Shown: positions 34,921 to 44,232 of the stretch, piece by piece
Layout: every line of letters begins with the position of its first letter
How positions within the stretch are numbered: the first letter of the stretch is position 1
Source of the DNA: Lactobacillus sp.
GTDB taxonomy: Bacteria; Bacillota; Bacilli; Lactobacillales; Lactobacillaceae
DNA: 64,000 nt
Direction: 5' to 3'
Assembly: GCF_051873315.1 (NCBI RefSeq)
Contig: NZ_JBJEES010000161.1
Location: 1,019 to 65,018 of the forward strand
Made by a program: the position numbers and the translations under genes
The notes under the pieces: generated by a model
Databases searched by the model: none
Told to the model about the DNA's origin: nothing
What the model saw: the letters and a program-made list of their open reading frames with translations, nothing else

Positions 34921-37200
34921 CTATTTTTCTGCAAAAGTTGCTTCGTCACTTGGCAAAAGCGGACTCTTTTCACCAGCGTAGACCAGGTCCAGCTTGTACA
35001 TGGCCCGGGAAGCGATCGTGTAGACCAGCTGGGTCTCGTCTTCTTCATGGTAGGTCTCTTTAGAGGCATCCCACATGATTACGGCGTCAAATTCCAGCCC
35101 CTTGGCCAGGTAGGACGGCAAGACCAGGTTGCCTTCCACCAGGCGCTGGTTGGCGCTGGAGATAAGGTGAACCCCATCCAGCTGGTCAGCCAGCTTTTTG
35201 GCAGCCTCCAGGTCCTTAGTGATGATGGCGGTCGTCAGCTTCTGGGCATCGTTTTCCGCCAAAGCCTCTTTCAAGGCCGCCAAAGCTTCTGCTTCATCAC
35301 TTCTGCCCCAAACTTGCGGCAGCGGTCCTTGCCGGTTGAAGCTTTCGATTTTTTCACCATGGCGGAGGATCTGCTTGGTGTAGTCAGTCAGCTGCTTGGT
35401 TGACCGGTAGGACTTGGTCAACTGGACCACCTTGGTCTTTTCCGGGTCAAAGAGGCCGGAGATCTGCTTTAAGAGGCTGCTGGACTCGTCTTTAGTAAAA
35501 ATCGCCTGGTTCAAGTCGCCCAGCATGGTGAACTTGGCCCGGGGGAAGTTGTAACGGAGATATGCCAGCTGGAAGGCTGAGTAGTCCTGGATTTCGTCGA
35601 TGAAGCAGTAGCGCATTTCCAGGTTGGTCTGGCGGGCAATGATCTGGTCATACAGATAGAGGTAAGCAGAAGCATCCCGGAGGTCAATTTCTTGGTCTTT
35701 GAACTTAGCCTTGACCTCTTCAACGTGGGCCAGCCATTCTTCTTCGCTGATCCCATACTTGGCCAGGTCCGTCATCTTCGGTACGGCCCGCAGAAAGGCC
35801 AGGTACTGGCCCCGCAGGTTCAAGAAGCCGTTGTGGTTGATCCGGCGGGCAACTTTGGCCAGATGCTGGATGACGATCTTTTTGCCCAGGAAGGCCCGTT
35901 CAGCCTTTTCTGAAGGGAATTCCTGGTCCGGCCGGTCGTACATGTCCAACATCTGCTCGTGGCTGAGCCCTTCGATTTCCCGGCTGACCCAGACCTTGCG
36001 GGCTTCACTGGCGACCCGCTTGTTCAAGCGGCGGATCAGTTCCTCGCGGGTAGCGTCAATCCGGTTGCCCAGCTTGTAGTTTTCATTGAAGGAGTAGTAG
36101 AGCTCCTTGATTTCTTCCTTGCTGAAAAATGGCTTCTTTTTGGTCCGGAAATAAATATTGCGGAAGATCATGCCAGACTGGTTGAGGTGCTGGCCATAGC
36201 GGGTGGCCAGCTTGTAGAAGGCCAGCGAGTCCTTGAAGCGGCCGATGGCCGTGTCAGCCTGCCGGTCTTCGAACTGGTCAAAGAGGTTCTGCACCTTCAT
36301 CTTCGGCAAGCGGCGGGCGATAAACTGCCAGTAAGTCATCTGGACCATGTTCTGCTCGCCCATTTCCGGCAGGACGTTTTCGATGTAGTCGTTAAAGAGC
36401 TGGTTGGGACTGAACATGATCACGTTCCCGCTCTTGAGGTTGCCCCGGTAGCGGTACAAAAGGAAAGCGATCCGCTGCAGGATGGCGCTGGTCTTACCCG
36501 ACCCCGCTGCCCCTTGGACAAAGAGGAGGTCGCTGGTGGTGTCGCGGATGATCTTGTTTTGCTCCTTTTGGATGGTCTTGACGATGGACTTCATCTGGAT
36601 GGAGGACTTTTCTGACAAAACTTCCATCAGCATCTGGTCGCCGATAGTTTCGTCAGTGTCGAACATATTGATGATGGTCCCGTCTTCGATCATGAACTGG
36701 CGCTTTTTGCTCATGTCGACTTCAACCGGGCCCTCCGGTGAGTAGTAGGTTACCTTGCCGATCTTGCCATCGTAGTAGATTGAGGAGATCGGGGCCCGCC
36801 AGTCGTAGATCAAGAGCTCATTGTTCTCGTCCATGAAGGAGGCCAGGCCGATGTAGATGCTTTCCGGCTCTTCGCCAGCCTCTTCAAAGTCGACCCGGGC
36901 AAAGTATGGATGGACATGCAGCCGCTTTAAAGTAGCCAGTTCGCGGGCGTTGACCTGCCAGGCATTGTCGCGTTCTTTGAGCATTTGCTGCTGCTGCTGA
37001 ATCGACAGGGCCGTGTCCATTGAGGTTGAGTAGTCGTCAAAGTCCAGGCGAATATCATCATAGAAGTGGGCGCTGATGTTGCGGGCTTCAGCCTTGTCTT
37101 TGCTGATAGCCTTTTGCAGCTGGTCCCCTTTTTGATCAATTTTTTGCAGGACCTGGTCCAGGTGGGCTTGTTCTGCTTTGCGGTCTAAGTTTTCTGCCAT
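34921..37200 (-). CDS. helD: UvrD-like helicase IV / RNA polymerase recycling ATPase HelD
   Basis: 759 aa. N-terminal coiled-coil arm, Walker A VQGAAGSGKTSAILQRIAFLLY, FIDEIQDYS, and the C-terminal UvrD_C-like EFDAVIMWD. Confidence 0.85.
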   Translation of the reverse strand: MAENLDRKAEQAHLDQVLQKIDQKGDQLQKAISKDKAEARNISAHFYDDIRLDFDDYSTSMDTALSIQQQQQMLKERDNAWQVNARELATLKRLHVHPYFARVDFEEAGEEPESIYIGLASFMDENNELLIYDWRAPISSIYYDGKIGKVTYYSPEGPVEVDMSKKRQFMIEDGTIINMFDTDETIGDQMLMEVLSEKSSIQMKSIVKTIQKEQNKIIRDTTSDLLFVQGAAGSGKTSAILQRIAFLLYRYRGNLKSGNVIMFSPNQLFNDYIENVLPEMGEQNMVQMTYWQFIARRLPKMKVQNLFDQFEDRQADTAIGRFKDSLAFYKLATRYGQHLNQSGMIFRNIYFRTKKKPFFSKEEIKELYYSFNENYKLGNRIDATREELIRRLNKRVASEARKVWVSREIEGLSHEQMLDMYDRPDQEFPSEKAERAFLGKKIVIQHLAKVARRINHNGFLNLRGQYLAFLRAVPKMTDLAKYGISEEEWLAHVEEVKAKFKDQEIDLRDASAYLYLYDQIIARQTNLEMRYCFIDEIQDYSAFQLAYLRYNFPRAKFTMLGDLNQAIFTKDESSSLLKQISGLFDPEKTKVVQLTKSYRSTKQLTDYTKQILRHGEKIESFNRQGPLPQVWGRSDEAEALAALKEALAENDAQKLTTAIITKDLEAAKKLADQLDGVHLISSANQRLVEGNLVLPSYLAKGLEFDAVIMWDASKETYHEEDETQLVYTIASRAMYKLDLVYAGEKSPLLPSDEATFAEK

Positions 37201-37399
37201 GTAATAAACACCTTATAACCTTTTCTAAAAAATAACTCCAACAGCTTTTCTTTGCAAAAACTTGCCTAATATTCTAACATTTTTCAGCTTAAAACTAAAG
37301 TCAGAGCTCCTTAGGAAAAGCTTAAGCAGTTTCAGCAGCCTTTTTGCTAGGAAAAAGAGCCGGCAAATCTTATAATAATTAGCGCAAAGGAGAAAATTG

Positions 37400-38062
37400 A
37401 TGCGACGCTTTTTTAATTTCATCAAGAACCTGCTCATCTTAGCAATCATGGCCGGAGCTATTGTCAACTATCATGAGCAAATACAGAATTTCCTGCTGGA
37501 AGCGGCGGGCGCGGCCAACACTTATCTGGAGCAGAAGGGCTTAAAGAGCAAGACTCTGGACTTAAGCGGTGGCATCGTCACTGAAAGCAATAAGAAGGTC
37601 ACCAAGAACACGACCGGCTACCGCTGGCCAAAGGCGACGGCCAAGGTCTACATTGGGGTCAAGCAAGCCGACCTCTACAACGCCACGGTCAATGCCATGG
37701 CGGCCTGGAACCAGACGGGAGCTTTTACCTTTAAGCAGACTAAGAACAAGAAGAACGCCCAGATCGTGGTCGTGGCCAACTCCAAGAGTAACGGGGCAGC
37801 GGGCCTAACCACTTACAAGTACCTCAGCCATACCAACCGGCTCTACTCAGCCCAGGTGGCTCTGAACACTTACTATCTGGAAAACGATTATTACAACTAC
37901 ACGCAAGCCAGAATCGTCAACACGGTTGAGCACGAACTAGGCCATGCGATCGGCTTAGACCACCGGACCGGGGTTACCGTCATGTACCCGACCGGGTCCA
38001 TCTACACGATCCAGCCAAAGGACGTCAAGTTGGTTAAGAAGATTTACAAGAGCAAGTCATAA
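37400..38062 (+). CDS. Matrixin-like (M10) zinc metalloprotease, membrane-anchored/secreted
   Basis: N-terminal TM followed by HELGHAIGLDH and a Met-turn VMYP. The ATG at 37400 has AAGGAG 7 nt upstream. Confidence 0.75.
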   Translation: MRRFFNFIKNLLILAIMAGAIVNYHEQIQNFLLEAAGAANTYLEQKGLKSKTLDLSGGIVTESNKKVTKNTTGYRWPKATAKVYIGVKQADLYNATVNAMAAWNQTGAFTFKQTKNKKNAQIVVVANSKSNGAAGLTTYKYLSHTNRLYSAQVALNTYYLENDYYNYTQARIVNTVEHELGHAIGLDHRTGVTVMYPTGSIYTIQPKDVKLVKKIYKSKS

Positions 38063-38077
38063 GGCAAGTTAGAAAAA

Positions 38078-38731
38078 ATGAAACGGATTTATCTGGTTAG
38101 ACACGGGAAGACTTTTATCAACAAGTACAACAAGATGCAGGGTTGGTGCGATACCCCCTTGACTGACGAAGGCCGTAAAGGCGCTGAAAAGGCTGCTGAA
38201 GCCTTGCAGGATCTGCCACTGGACATCGCCTTGTCCAGCAACACTTTGCGGGCCAGCGAGACCTGCGAGATCATCATGGAGAAGAACTGCAACAGGGACC
38301 TGCTCCAGCACCTGGCCTACCCTTACTTCAGAGAGCACTTTTACGGCTACTTTGAGGGGATGGACAATGACGTGGCCTGGCGGATGGTCGGCGCGGCCCA
38401 CGGCTTTTCTAACGCTTCGGATTTAGCTGAAAACGCGACTTGCGACCAGATCGCCGACTGGACCAAGGAAGCTGATCCCTACCACGATGCTGAAGACAGC
38501 AAGGAATTTTGGGCCCGCTGGCAGAAAGGCTTCGACTTGATCCAGCAATTGGACGGGGCGGAAAATATTCTGCTGGTCAGCCATGGTTTTGCCATCAAGA
38601 CCCTGGCCCAGAGATTTGCGGTGGACGGAATCGACACGACTGTTCACCCGAGAAACTCATCGATTTCAACTTTAGTGATGGACGATGCTGGCAATTTAAA
38701 GATGACCAGCTACAACAAATTGCAGCTGTAA
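38078..38731 (+). CDS. Histidine phosphatase (phosphoglycerate mutase) family protein
   Basis: LVRHGKT catalytic motif and the downstream SHG. Confidence 0.85.
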   Translation: MKRIYLVRHGKTFINKYNKMQGWCDTPLTDEGRKGAEKAAEALQDLPLDIALSSNTLRASETCEIIMEKNCNRDLLQHLAYPYFREHFYGYFEGMDNDVAWRMVGAAHGFSNASDLAENATCDQIADWTKEADPYHDAEDSKEFWARWQKGFDLIQQLDGAENILLVSHGFAIKTLAQRFAVDGIDTTVHPRNSSISTLVMDDAGNLKMTSYNKLQL

Positions 38732-38760
38732 TTTTTACCAGATTTTTACAGGCAAAAGGC

Positions 38761-38788
38761 TTGCAAGTTGGCATAGAGCTACTATAAT
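38761..38788 (+). promoter_or_regulatory. Putative sigma-A promoter
   Basis: TTGCAA, 16 nt, TATAAT, upstream of the cytoplasmic GDPD gene. Confidence 0.45.
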
Positions 38789-38846
38789 ATGAGCCGGCAA
38801 GAGAAAAAGCAAGATTCCAGTTTAAGGATGGAGCGCAATTAAATAT

Positions 38847-39539
38847 ATGAGAACGAAGATTTTTGGTCACCGCGGTTATCCAGCCAAGTTCCCGGAGAAT
38901 TCCCTGGAGGGCTTTGACTACTGCATGCATCACGGAGCTGAGGGGATCGAATTCGATGTCCACTTAACCAAGGACGGGGTGCCGGTGATCATGCATGATG
39001 AGAACATCAAGCGGACCACCAATGGCAAGGGTCTGATCAAGGATTTCACCTTGGCGGAATTGGACCAGTTCCACCTGGCCAATGGCGAGCGGATCCCCCG
39101 TTTGAAGGACCTCTTCCAGCTGACTGAAGAATCTGGCTATGCGGGCCAGCTGAATCTGGAGATGAAGACCAATAAGTTCGATTATCCAGGCTTGCCGGAG
39201 AAGATTTTTGCCCTGGCGGACCAGTTCAAGTTCAAGCAGGAGATCATCTACTCCTCCTTCAATTTGCAGACGCTGATCCACGCGCAGAAGATCCGGCCGG
39301 AGGGAAACTACAATTTCCTGACGGACAAGCGGATTAAGGATCCGGCAGCTTTTGTCAAGGAACATGGCTTTAAGGGGATTCACCCGAAGCGTTTGCTCGA
39401 CACGGACACGCCGGAGCGGATCTGGACGGTAGACAGTCCCCTGCGGGCCAAGAAGATCATTGAGTACGGTGCGGCCGGCTTTTTTACCAACAAGTTCGAA
39501 GATATGATGGACCTGCGCAAGCGGGTAGCCAACTACTAA
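38847..39539 (+). CDS. Glycerophosphodiester phosphodiesterase (cytoplasmic)
   Basis: HRGYPAKFPENS, EFDVHLTKDGVPVIMHDENIKRTTNG. Confidence 0.88.
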   Translation: MRTKIFGHRGYPAKFPENSLEGFDYCMHHGAEGIEFDVHLTKDGVPVIMHDENIKRTTNGKGLIKDFTLAELDQFHLANGERIPRLKDLFQLTEESGYAGQLNLEMKTNKFDYPGLPEKIFALADQFKFKQEIIYSSFNLQTLIHAQKIRPEGNYNFLTDKRIKDPAAFVKEHGFKGIHPKRLLDTDTPERIWTVDSPLRAKKIIEYGAAGFFTNKFEDMMDLRKRVANY

Positions 39540-39691
39540 CGCGAATATATGAAGAGAGTTGCCTTAACGGGCAGCTCTTTTTTGCGTGGTATATCATAAG
39601 TTAATCGCTATATCAAGTATTGTATCCGGTTCCAGTGAGTGCTAAAATCGACTTGTCCAATATGTGTTAATGAATTAAGGAATGTGTGATT

Positions 39692-42031
39692 ATGAAGAAA
39701 ATTTCGAAAAATGTTCTGCTTGTATCATCAGTCGGTTTAGCTGGGTCTGCATTCGCGGTTACTAATACCCATCCGGTATTTGCGGCAAGCAGTACTAGCA
39801 AGAAAACTACTGTTTCCAGTGACCAAGCCAAGGTTAAAAGCGCGCAAAAGAGCGTTGACCAAACCCAAAGTAAATTAACCCAGGCACAAAACGATTTAGA
39901 TACTGTCAACAAAGATATGCCTCAAAAAGAGACTGAATTGGCAGATGCTAAGAAGACGACTGAAGCCGCTGATAGTAAAGTGGCGGCTGCGAATAAGAGC
40001 AACGATGCTGCACAGTCCGTTCTCAAGCAAGCTCAGTCAGCCACTGATTCCGCAAATAGCGACTACCAAAATGCCACCAAGGACAGCACAAACAAGCAAA
40101 AGGATTTGACTGACTCACAAAATAAAGTAACTGATCTCCAAAAGCAACTCACTGATGGCGAAAAGAACAATAACAACATCAACCAAAAAGTTACTGACAA
40201 GAACAAAAAGATTAGCGACAACCAGAAAACTTTGTCTAGCTTACAACAAGAAAAGAGTAAATCTGACGCTAAGCTTTCATCAGTGCAAAACGATCTTACT
40301 GAAAAGAAACAAAAGGCTGATATCGCCTCACAAACCTTGCAAACAGCCAAAAAGGATTTGGGTTCAGCAACTAGCACCAACGAAAGCTTGACCCTGCCAC
40401 AAAGCTACATTGACTATGTAACTGGCAAGTCAACTGATTGGGATACTGCCAAAAAAGACCTGCAAGATGCAGTAAGCAGCCACACTTATCCATTTACTGA
40501 TGGTGATGAAAACGATACTGTTTACGACGATCCTGCTGCCTTATCCGAAACTGATCAAAAGCGTTTGGACTTCTACGTGAAGAGCTTGATCGATTCCGTC
40601 AAGTCTCAAGTTGGATCAACCAGCAAGCTGACCATTACTGACGGTTCACTTGAATTCGCCAAGCGTTACACGCAAGAGTACCAAAACAGCAACTATGTCT
40701 TCAGAAAGTACAATGCAATCAAGTCCGCTTCAAGCATCATGGGACTTGATGAGTATTCCGTTACTGGATATGACATTGCCGCCAACAGACAAGTTACCGG
40801 TCGGTCCATTTCGATTATCAATGGGTACATATATAACTCATATGAATTTGGGACAACAAAGATGAGTGAAATTGCCAAGGCGGCTTTTGACTTGGTAACA
40901 CAAGAGCTGGCTAATCCAACTGATTACAACAATATCATCAACAACAATGGTTACTTCTCAGTTGCTGTAACTACCCAAGATGACAAGTTCTACGTCTGCC
41001 TTTTGACGATCAACCCGACTAACGTCCCAAGTAGTTTTAACACCAAGGAAGTTGTCAAGCCGAGTCAAGATGAACTTTCGTCTGCTGCTCAAAAAGCTCA
41101 AGCTGATTCGGATCAAGCAAACAAAGATGTAGAAAGCGCACAAAGCACTTTTGATCAAACCCAAGCTGAAAATCAAAAGATTAGCCAACAAATCAGCGAT
41201 TTGCAAAAGAAGATCAGTGACAGTCAAGGCGATGTAGCGTCCTTGAAGAAACAGCTTACTGACACGGATAAAATTCAATCTCAAATCAAGGAGACCAAGG
41301 ATTCCTTGCCAGCAAAGCAGGCTGCTCTGCAAGCTACGAATGAGAAGGTTAAAGCCACCCAAAGTAAACTTAATGACTGCAAGACTGCTTTAGCAGCCGC
41401 TCAGAAAGAAGCGGCAAATGCTCAAAGCAACTTGGACAAGGTAAAGGCTGACGCAAACAACGCACAACAAAAGCTCCAAACTGCTCAAAATGCCTACGAT
41501 GAAGCAAAGCAGAAGCAAGAAAAACTGACTGCATCTGTTGCATCCCTCACCAAGAAGCTGGCCTACGAAAAGAAGCAACTGGCACACGCTAAGGCGGTCT
41601 TAGCCCTTGCCCAAAGCAAGAAATCTTCTACTAAGAAAACTCCAAAGAAGGCCACTAAGAAGTTGACCAAGAAGACTATTAAGAAGTCCTCAAAGAAAGC
41701 AAAGGCCACCAAGAAGAAGGTTACCAAGAAGGTAAAGAAGGCTAAGAAAGTTGTTGTCGCAAGCAGCAAGTTCACCAGCTTAAAAGGCAGCAAGAAGGCC
41801 TTTGTCGGCAGCTGGAAGAAGGCTAAGTCCGTTTCCGGCTACCAGGTTCGCTACAGCACGGCTTCCTCAATGAAGAAAGCCAAGACTAAGAGCACCAAGG
41901 CAACCAAGCTTAAGGTTTCCGGTTTGAAGAGCAAGAAGAAGTACTATGTACAACTTCGCTCCTACCGCAAGCTCTCTGGCAAGACTTACTACTCTGCCTG
42001 GACAAAGGCCAAGACTGTCAAGACCCGTTAA
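39692..42031 (+). CDS. Secreted coiled-coil surface protein, SEC10/PgrA surface-exclusion-like, with a Lys-rich segment and a C-terminal Fn3-like domain
   Basis: Signal peptide (MKKISKNVLLVSSVGLAGSAFAV), Q/K/D-rich coiled coils on both sides of a globular core (LTLPQSYIDY...FYVCLLTINP), a KKxTKK-type basic stretch, then GYQVRYSTASSMKKAKTKS...YYVQLRSYRKLSGKTYYSAW. The SEC10/PgrA assignment is from memory. Confidence 0.55.
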   Translation: MKKISKNVLLVSSVGLAGSAFAVTNTHPVFAASSTSKKTTVSSDQAKVKSAQKSVDQTQSKLTQAQNDLDTVNKDMPQKETELADAKKTTEAADSKVAAANKSNDAAQSVLKQAQSATDSANSDYQNATKDSTNKQKDLTDSQNKVTDLQKQLTDGEKNNNNINQKVTDKNKKISDNQKTLSSLQQEKSKSDAKLSSVQNDLTEKKQKADIASQTLQTAKKDLGSATSTNESLTLPQSYIDYVTGKSTDWDTAKKDLQDAVSSHTYPFTDGDENDTVYDDPAALSETDQKRLDFYVKSLIDSVKSQVGSTSKLTITDGSLEFAKRYTQEYQNSNYVFRKYNAIKSASSIMGLDEYSVTGYDIAANRQVTGRSISIINGYIYNSYEFGTTKMSEIAKAAFDLVTQELANPTDYNNIINNNGYFSVAVTTQDDKFYVCLLTINPTNVPSSFNTKEVVKPSQDELSSAAQKAQADSDQANKDVESAQSTFDQTQAENQKISQQISDLQKKISDSQGDVASLKKQLTDTDKIQSQIKETKDSLPAKQAALQATNEKVKATQSKLNDCKTALAAAQKEAANAQSNLDKVKADANNAQQKLQTAQNAYDEAKQKQEKLTASVASLTKKLAYEKKQLAHAKAVLALAQSKKSSTKKTPKKATKKLTKKTIKKSSKKAKATKKKVTKKVKKAKKVVVASSKFTSLKGSKKAFVGSWKKAKSVSGYQVRYSTASSMKKAKTKSTKATKLKVSGLKSKKKYYVQLRSYRKLSGKTYYSAWTKAKTVKTR

Positions 42032-42055
42032 TCTAAAAATCAAACCTAATTCCAA

Positions 42056-42100
42056 ACAAAAACAGCTATCTCACGCTTCTACATGAGACAGCTGTTTTTT
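42056..42100. terminator. Bidirectional rho-independent terminator
   Basis: aaaaacagctatctca-cgcttctaca-tgagacagctgtttttt, between convergent genes. Confidence 0.65.
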
Positions 42101-44096
42101 AGTTCTCAACAACGGCGCTCATCGATGATACTAATTCCGCGTCGTTTAAGGTAACCTTGTCCGCACCATTTTTAATCATATCAGTAACGGCATCATCATT
42201 CTTGTAAACCGTCCAGATCCCATAGTCCACGCCATACTTGCGGGCCGCGAGAATATCATCCAGCGTCGTCGTATCCTTATTGCGGTCAGCACCAGCCTTT
42301 AAGTGGGACAGGAAAACGTAGTCATTGTCCGTCAAGTGACGGTTGTAAATCCCCATCATGGCAATTTCTTCACCGCCCGGAATCACGTTTCTGACTTCTT
42401 CCAGTTCACCAATATTAAAGGAAATCAAGGTCGTCTGCTTCTGCATCCCTGCCTCGTTAATTTCCTTAACTACCTCTTTCAAGGCCTCCATATTGTTGAT
42501 GTTCTTCAGCTCCAAAAAAGCTTCCTTGCCATACTTCTTGCAGATATCTAAGTACTGGCGCAAAGTTGGCAGATGCAGGTCATCATAAATCTGGTCCTTG
42601 TCGATTCCATCCAGCACACCCTTGATCTTGTAGTTTTCCACTTGGTCAAAAGGTATATCGTTGATCTTTTTGCCATAGTTTGGATCATTCTGACTGATAT
42701 CAGTTGTCCGCGCCAAAGTGTTATCGTGCAAAATGACCAGCTTGTTATCTGAAGTATTGGCCACATCGGTTTCAATCCCCCAGATGCCGGCTTCCTCGCC
42801 AGCTTTTTCAAAAGCCAGGGTAGTATTTTCCGGATACTTGGTGCTGTAGCCGCGGTGAGCGATAAACCTGACCGGCGCTTTAGCCGCGCCAGCAGTACTT
42901 TGCGTCTTCACATCAGCATTTTCCAGCCGGACCAGCTTGGCAATATCCCCAATTTCGCTTTCCGAAATCTCTGCCTGGTTGCTCTTTCTCACCATGATCA
43001 AGTACTTGTAGCCCGGATCCAGGATAATTCCCTGCTTTGACCAGTTGGCCTGCACGCCAACATAACTCGGCTTTTCATCATCGGTGTACTTGAGCGCCTT
43101 GATCTGGTAGTCAAAGTAATTGTCCAAAGCCAGGTACTTGCTCTGGTTCGCCTTAACATAGTCAACAGTCGTCAGTTCCTTTTTGCTTGGGTAAAAATTC
43201 CCCGCACTATCAACACCCCAGAGGCCCAGGTCCCTTTCTGGATTCGCGCTTACCGGCAGCTTGCGGTATTGGGCGTACAAGGTGACGTCTTTTAAAGCGT
43301 AACTATCGCCTAGATCATACTTTTCACCGCTGCCGTCAGCTTGCGTGTTAAAGGAGTCGAGGACGTAGCCGGGCTTACTGAAGCCTGTCTCTGGCAAGGT
43401 TGCCTTATCGCCTTCCTGCTCATGGAGAGTGATATTTTGCCCAAATCCCTGACCCGCGTCGATCTGAATCGTGTAGTTTTCCAGCTTGCGGTACTGGGCG
43501 TACAAGGTCGTATTCTTCTTAAAAGTGTAGGCCTTGCCCAGCCGGTATTTCTTCCCCTCTCCGTTTGCGGCAACGGTGTAATTTAAGAACTTATAGTCCT
43601 TTCTCTCGAAACTGGTCTTAGGCAGGGTTACCTTCTTGCCAAAGGAAAAAGTCAACACTTGCCGGCGGCCAGACCCGTCATTTGCTGCCAAAGTCAGTGT
43701 TCTTTTTGGAGAAGTCACCATAACCAGACAGGTGTAGCGCTTTTTGCCGTTTTTCGCGGTAATCTTGGCTGTCCCTGCCTTAATTGCCTTGACTCTGCCC
43801 TTGGAAGAAGCTGTGGCTACCTTCTTGTTGGAACTTTTCCAAGTTGTTTTCTTCTTGCTGTTCTTCAGATACAGGCGGGCAGTCTTTCCCTGCAGCAAGC
43901 TCAGCTTTTTCTTATTCAAAGAGACCTTTGCCTTTTTTGCTTTCTTGGCCTTCTTGCTCCTTTTCGCCTTCTTAACTTGCCGCGTGGCTTGCACCGGCTG
44001 CAGCGGTTCAAGTCCTTGCCCCAGTCCCAAAGCCAGCAAAATCGCTGAGGCCAGCAACAACTTTTTTCTATCTTTCCGTTTCTTCAAAAAATTCAC
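42099..44096 (-). CDS. Exported multidomain glycerophosphodiester phosphodiesterase (Lys-rich segment + Big_2-like + two Listeria-Bacteroides-type repeats + GDPD)
   Basis: Signal/TM segment and a KKAKRSKKAKKAKKAK stretch. Ig-like LSLLQGKTARLYLKN...KITAKNGKKRYTCLVMV. Two copies of ...GY.F/L..NT..DGSG.KY.LG..Y....D/NTTLYAQYRKL. C-terminal FIAHRGYSTKYPENT...ETDV...LVILHDNTLARTT. Confidence 0.8.
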   Translation of the reverse strand: MNFLKKRKDRKKLLLASAILLALGLGQGLEPLQPVQATRQVKKAKRSKKAKKAKKAKVSLNKKKLSLLQGKTARLYLKNSKKKTTWKSSNKKVATASSKGRVKAIKAGTAKITAKNGKKRYTCLVMVTSPKRTLTLAANDGSGRRQVLTFSFGKKVTLPKTSFERKDYKFLNYTVAANGEGKKYRLGKAYTFKKNTTLYAQYRKLENYTIQIDAGQGFGQNITLHEQEGDKATLPETGFSKPGYVLDSFNTQADGSGEKYDLGDSYALKDVTLYAQYRKLPVSANPERDLGLWGVDSAGNFYPSKKELTTVDYVKANQSKYLALDNYFDYQIKALKYTDDEKPSYVGVQANWSKQGIILDPGYKYLIMVRKSNQAEISESEIGDIAKLVRLENADVKTQSTAGAAKAPVRFIAHRGYSTKYPENTTLAFEKAGEEAGIWGIETDVANTSDNKLVILHDNTLARTTDISQNDPNYGKKINDIPFDQVENYKIKGVLDGIDKDQIYDDLHLPTLRQYLDICKKYGKEAFLELKNINNMEALKEVVKEINEAGMQKQTTLISFNIGELEEVRNVIPGGEEIAMMGIYNRHLTDNDYVFLSHLKAGADRNKDTTTLDDILAARKYGVDYGIWTVYKNDDAVTDMIKNGADKVTLNDAELVSSMSAVVEN

Positions 44097-44149
44097 TCCA
44101 TTTTCTTTTCCTGTTTATTAGATCAACACTTCTATTCTAGCGTATTTTG

Positions 44150-44196
44150 CCTAAATAAAACAAAACCAATGAACAAATCGCCTTTTGTCCATTGGT
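44150..44196 (-). terminator. Rho-independent terminator of the VanZ-OLD operon
   Basis: accaatgaaca...tgtccattggt hairpin, followed on the minus strand by ttttgttttattt. Confidence 0.5.
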
Positions 44197-44232
44197 AAAA
44201 TTTAATCTTGATTTATGTATAGTTGCTTTATG

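Noticed and set aside
34921-37200. UvrD-like helicase, considered as a Gabija GajB-type partner for the OLD-like gene.
   Set aside because: - It lies 7 kb away, in a different transcription unit.
- It has the N-terminal coiled-coil arm and length of housekeeping HelD.
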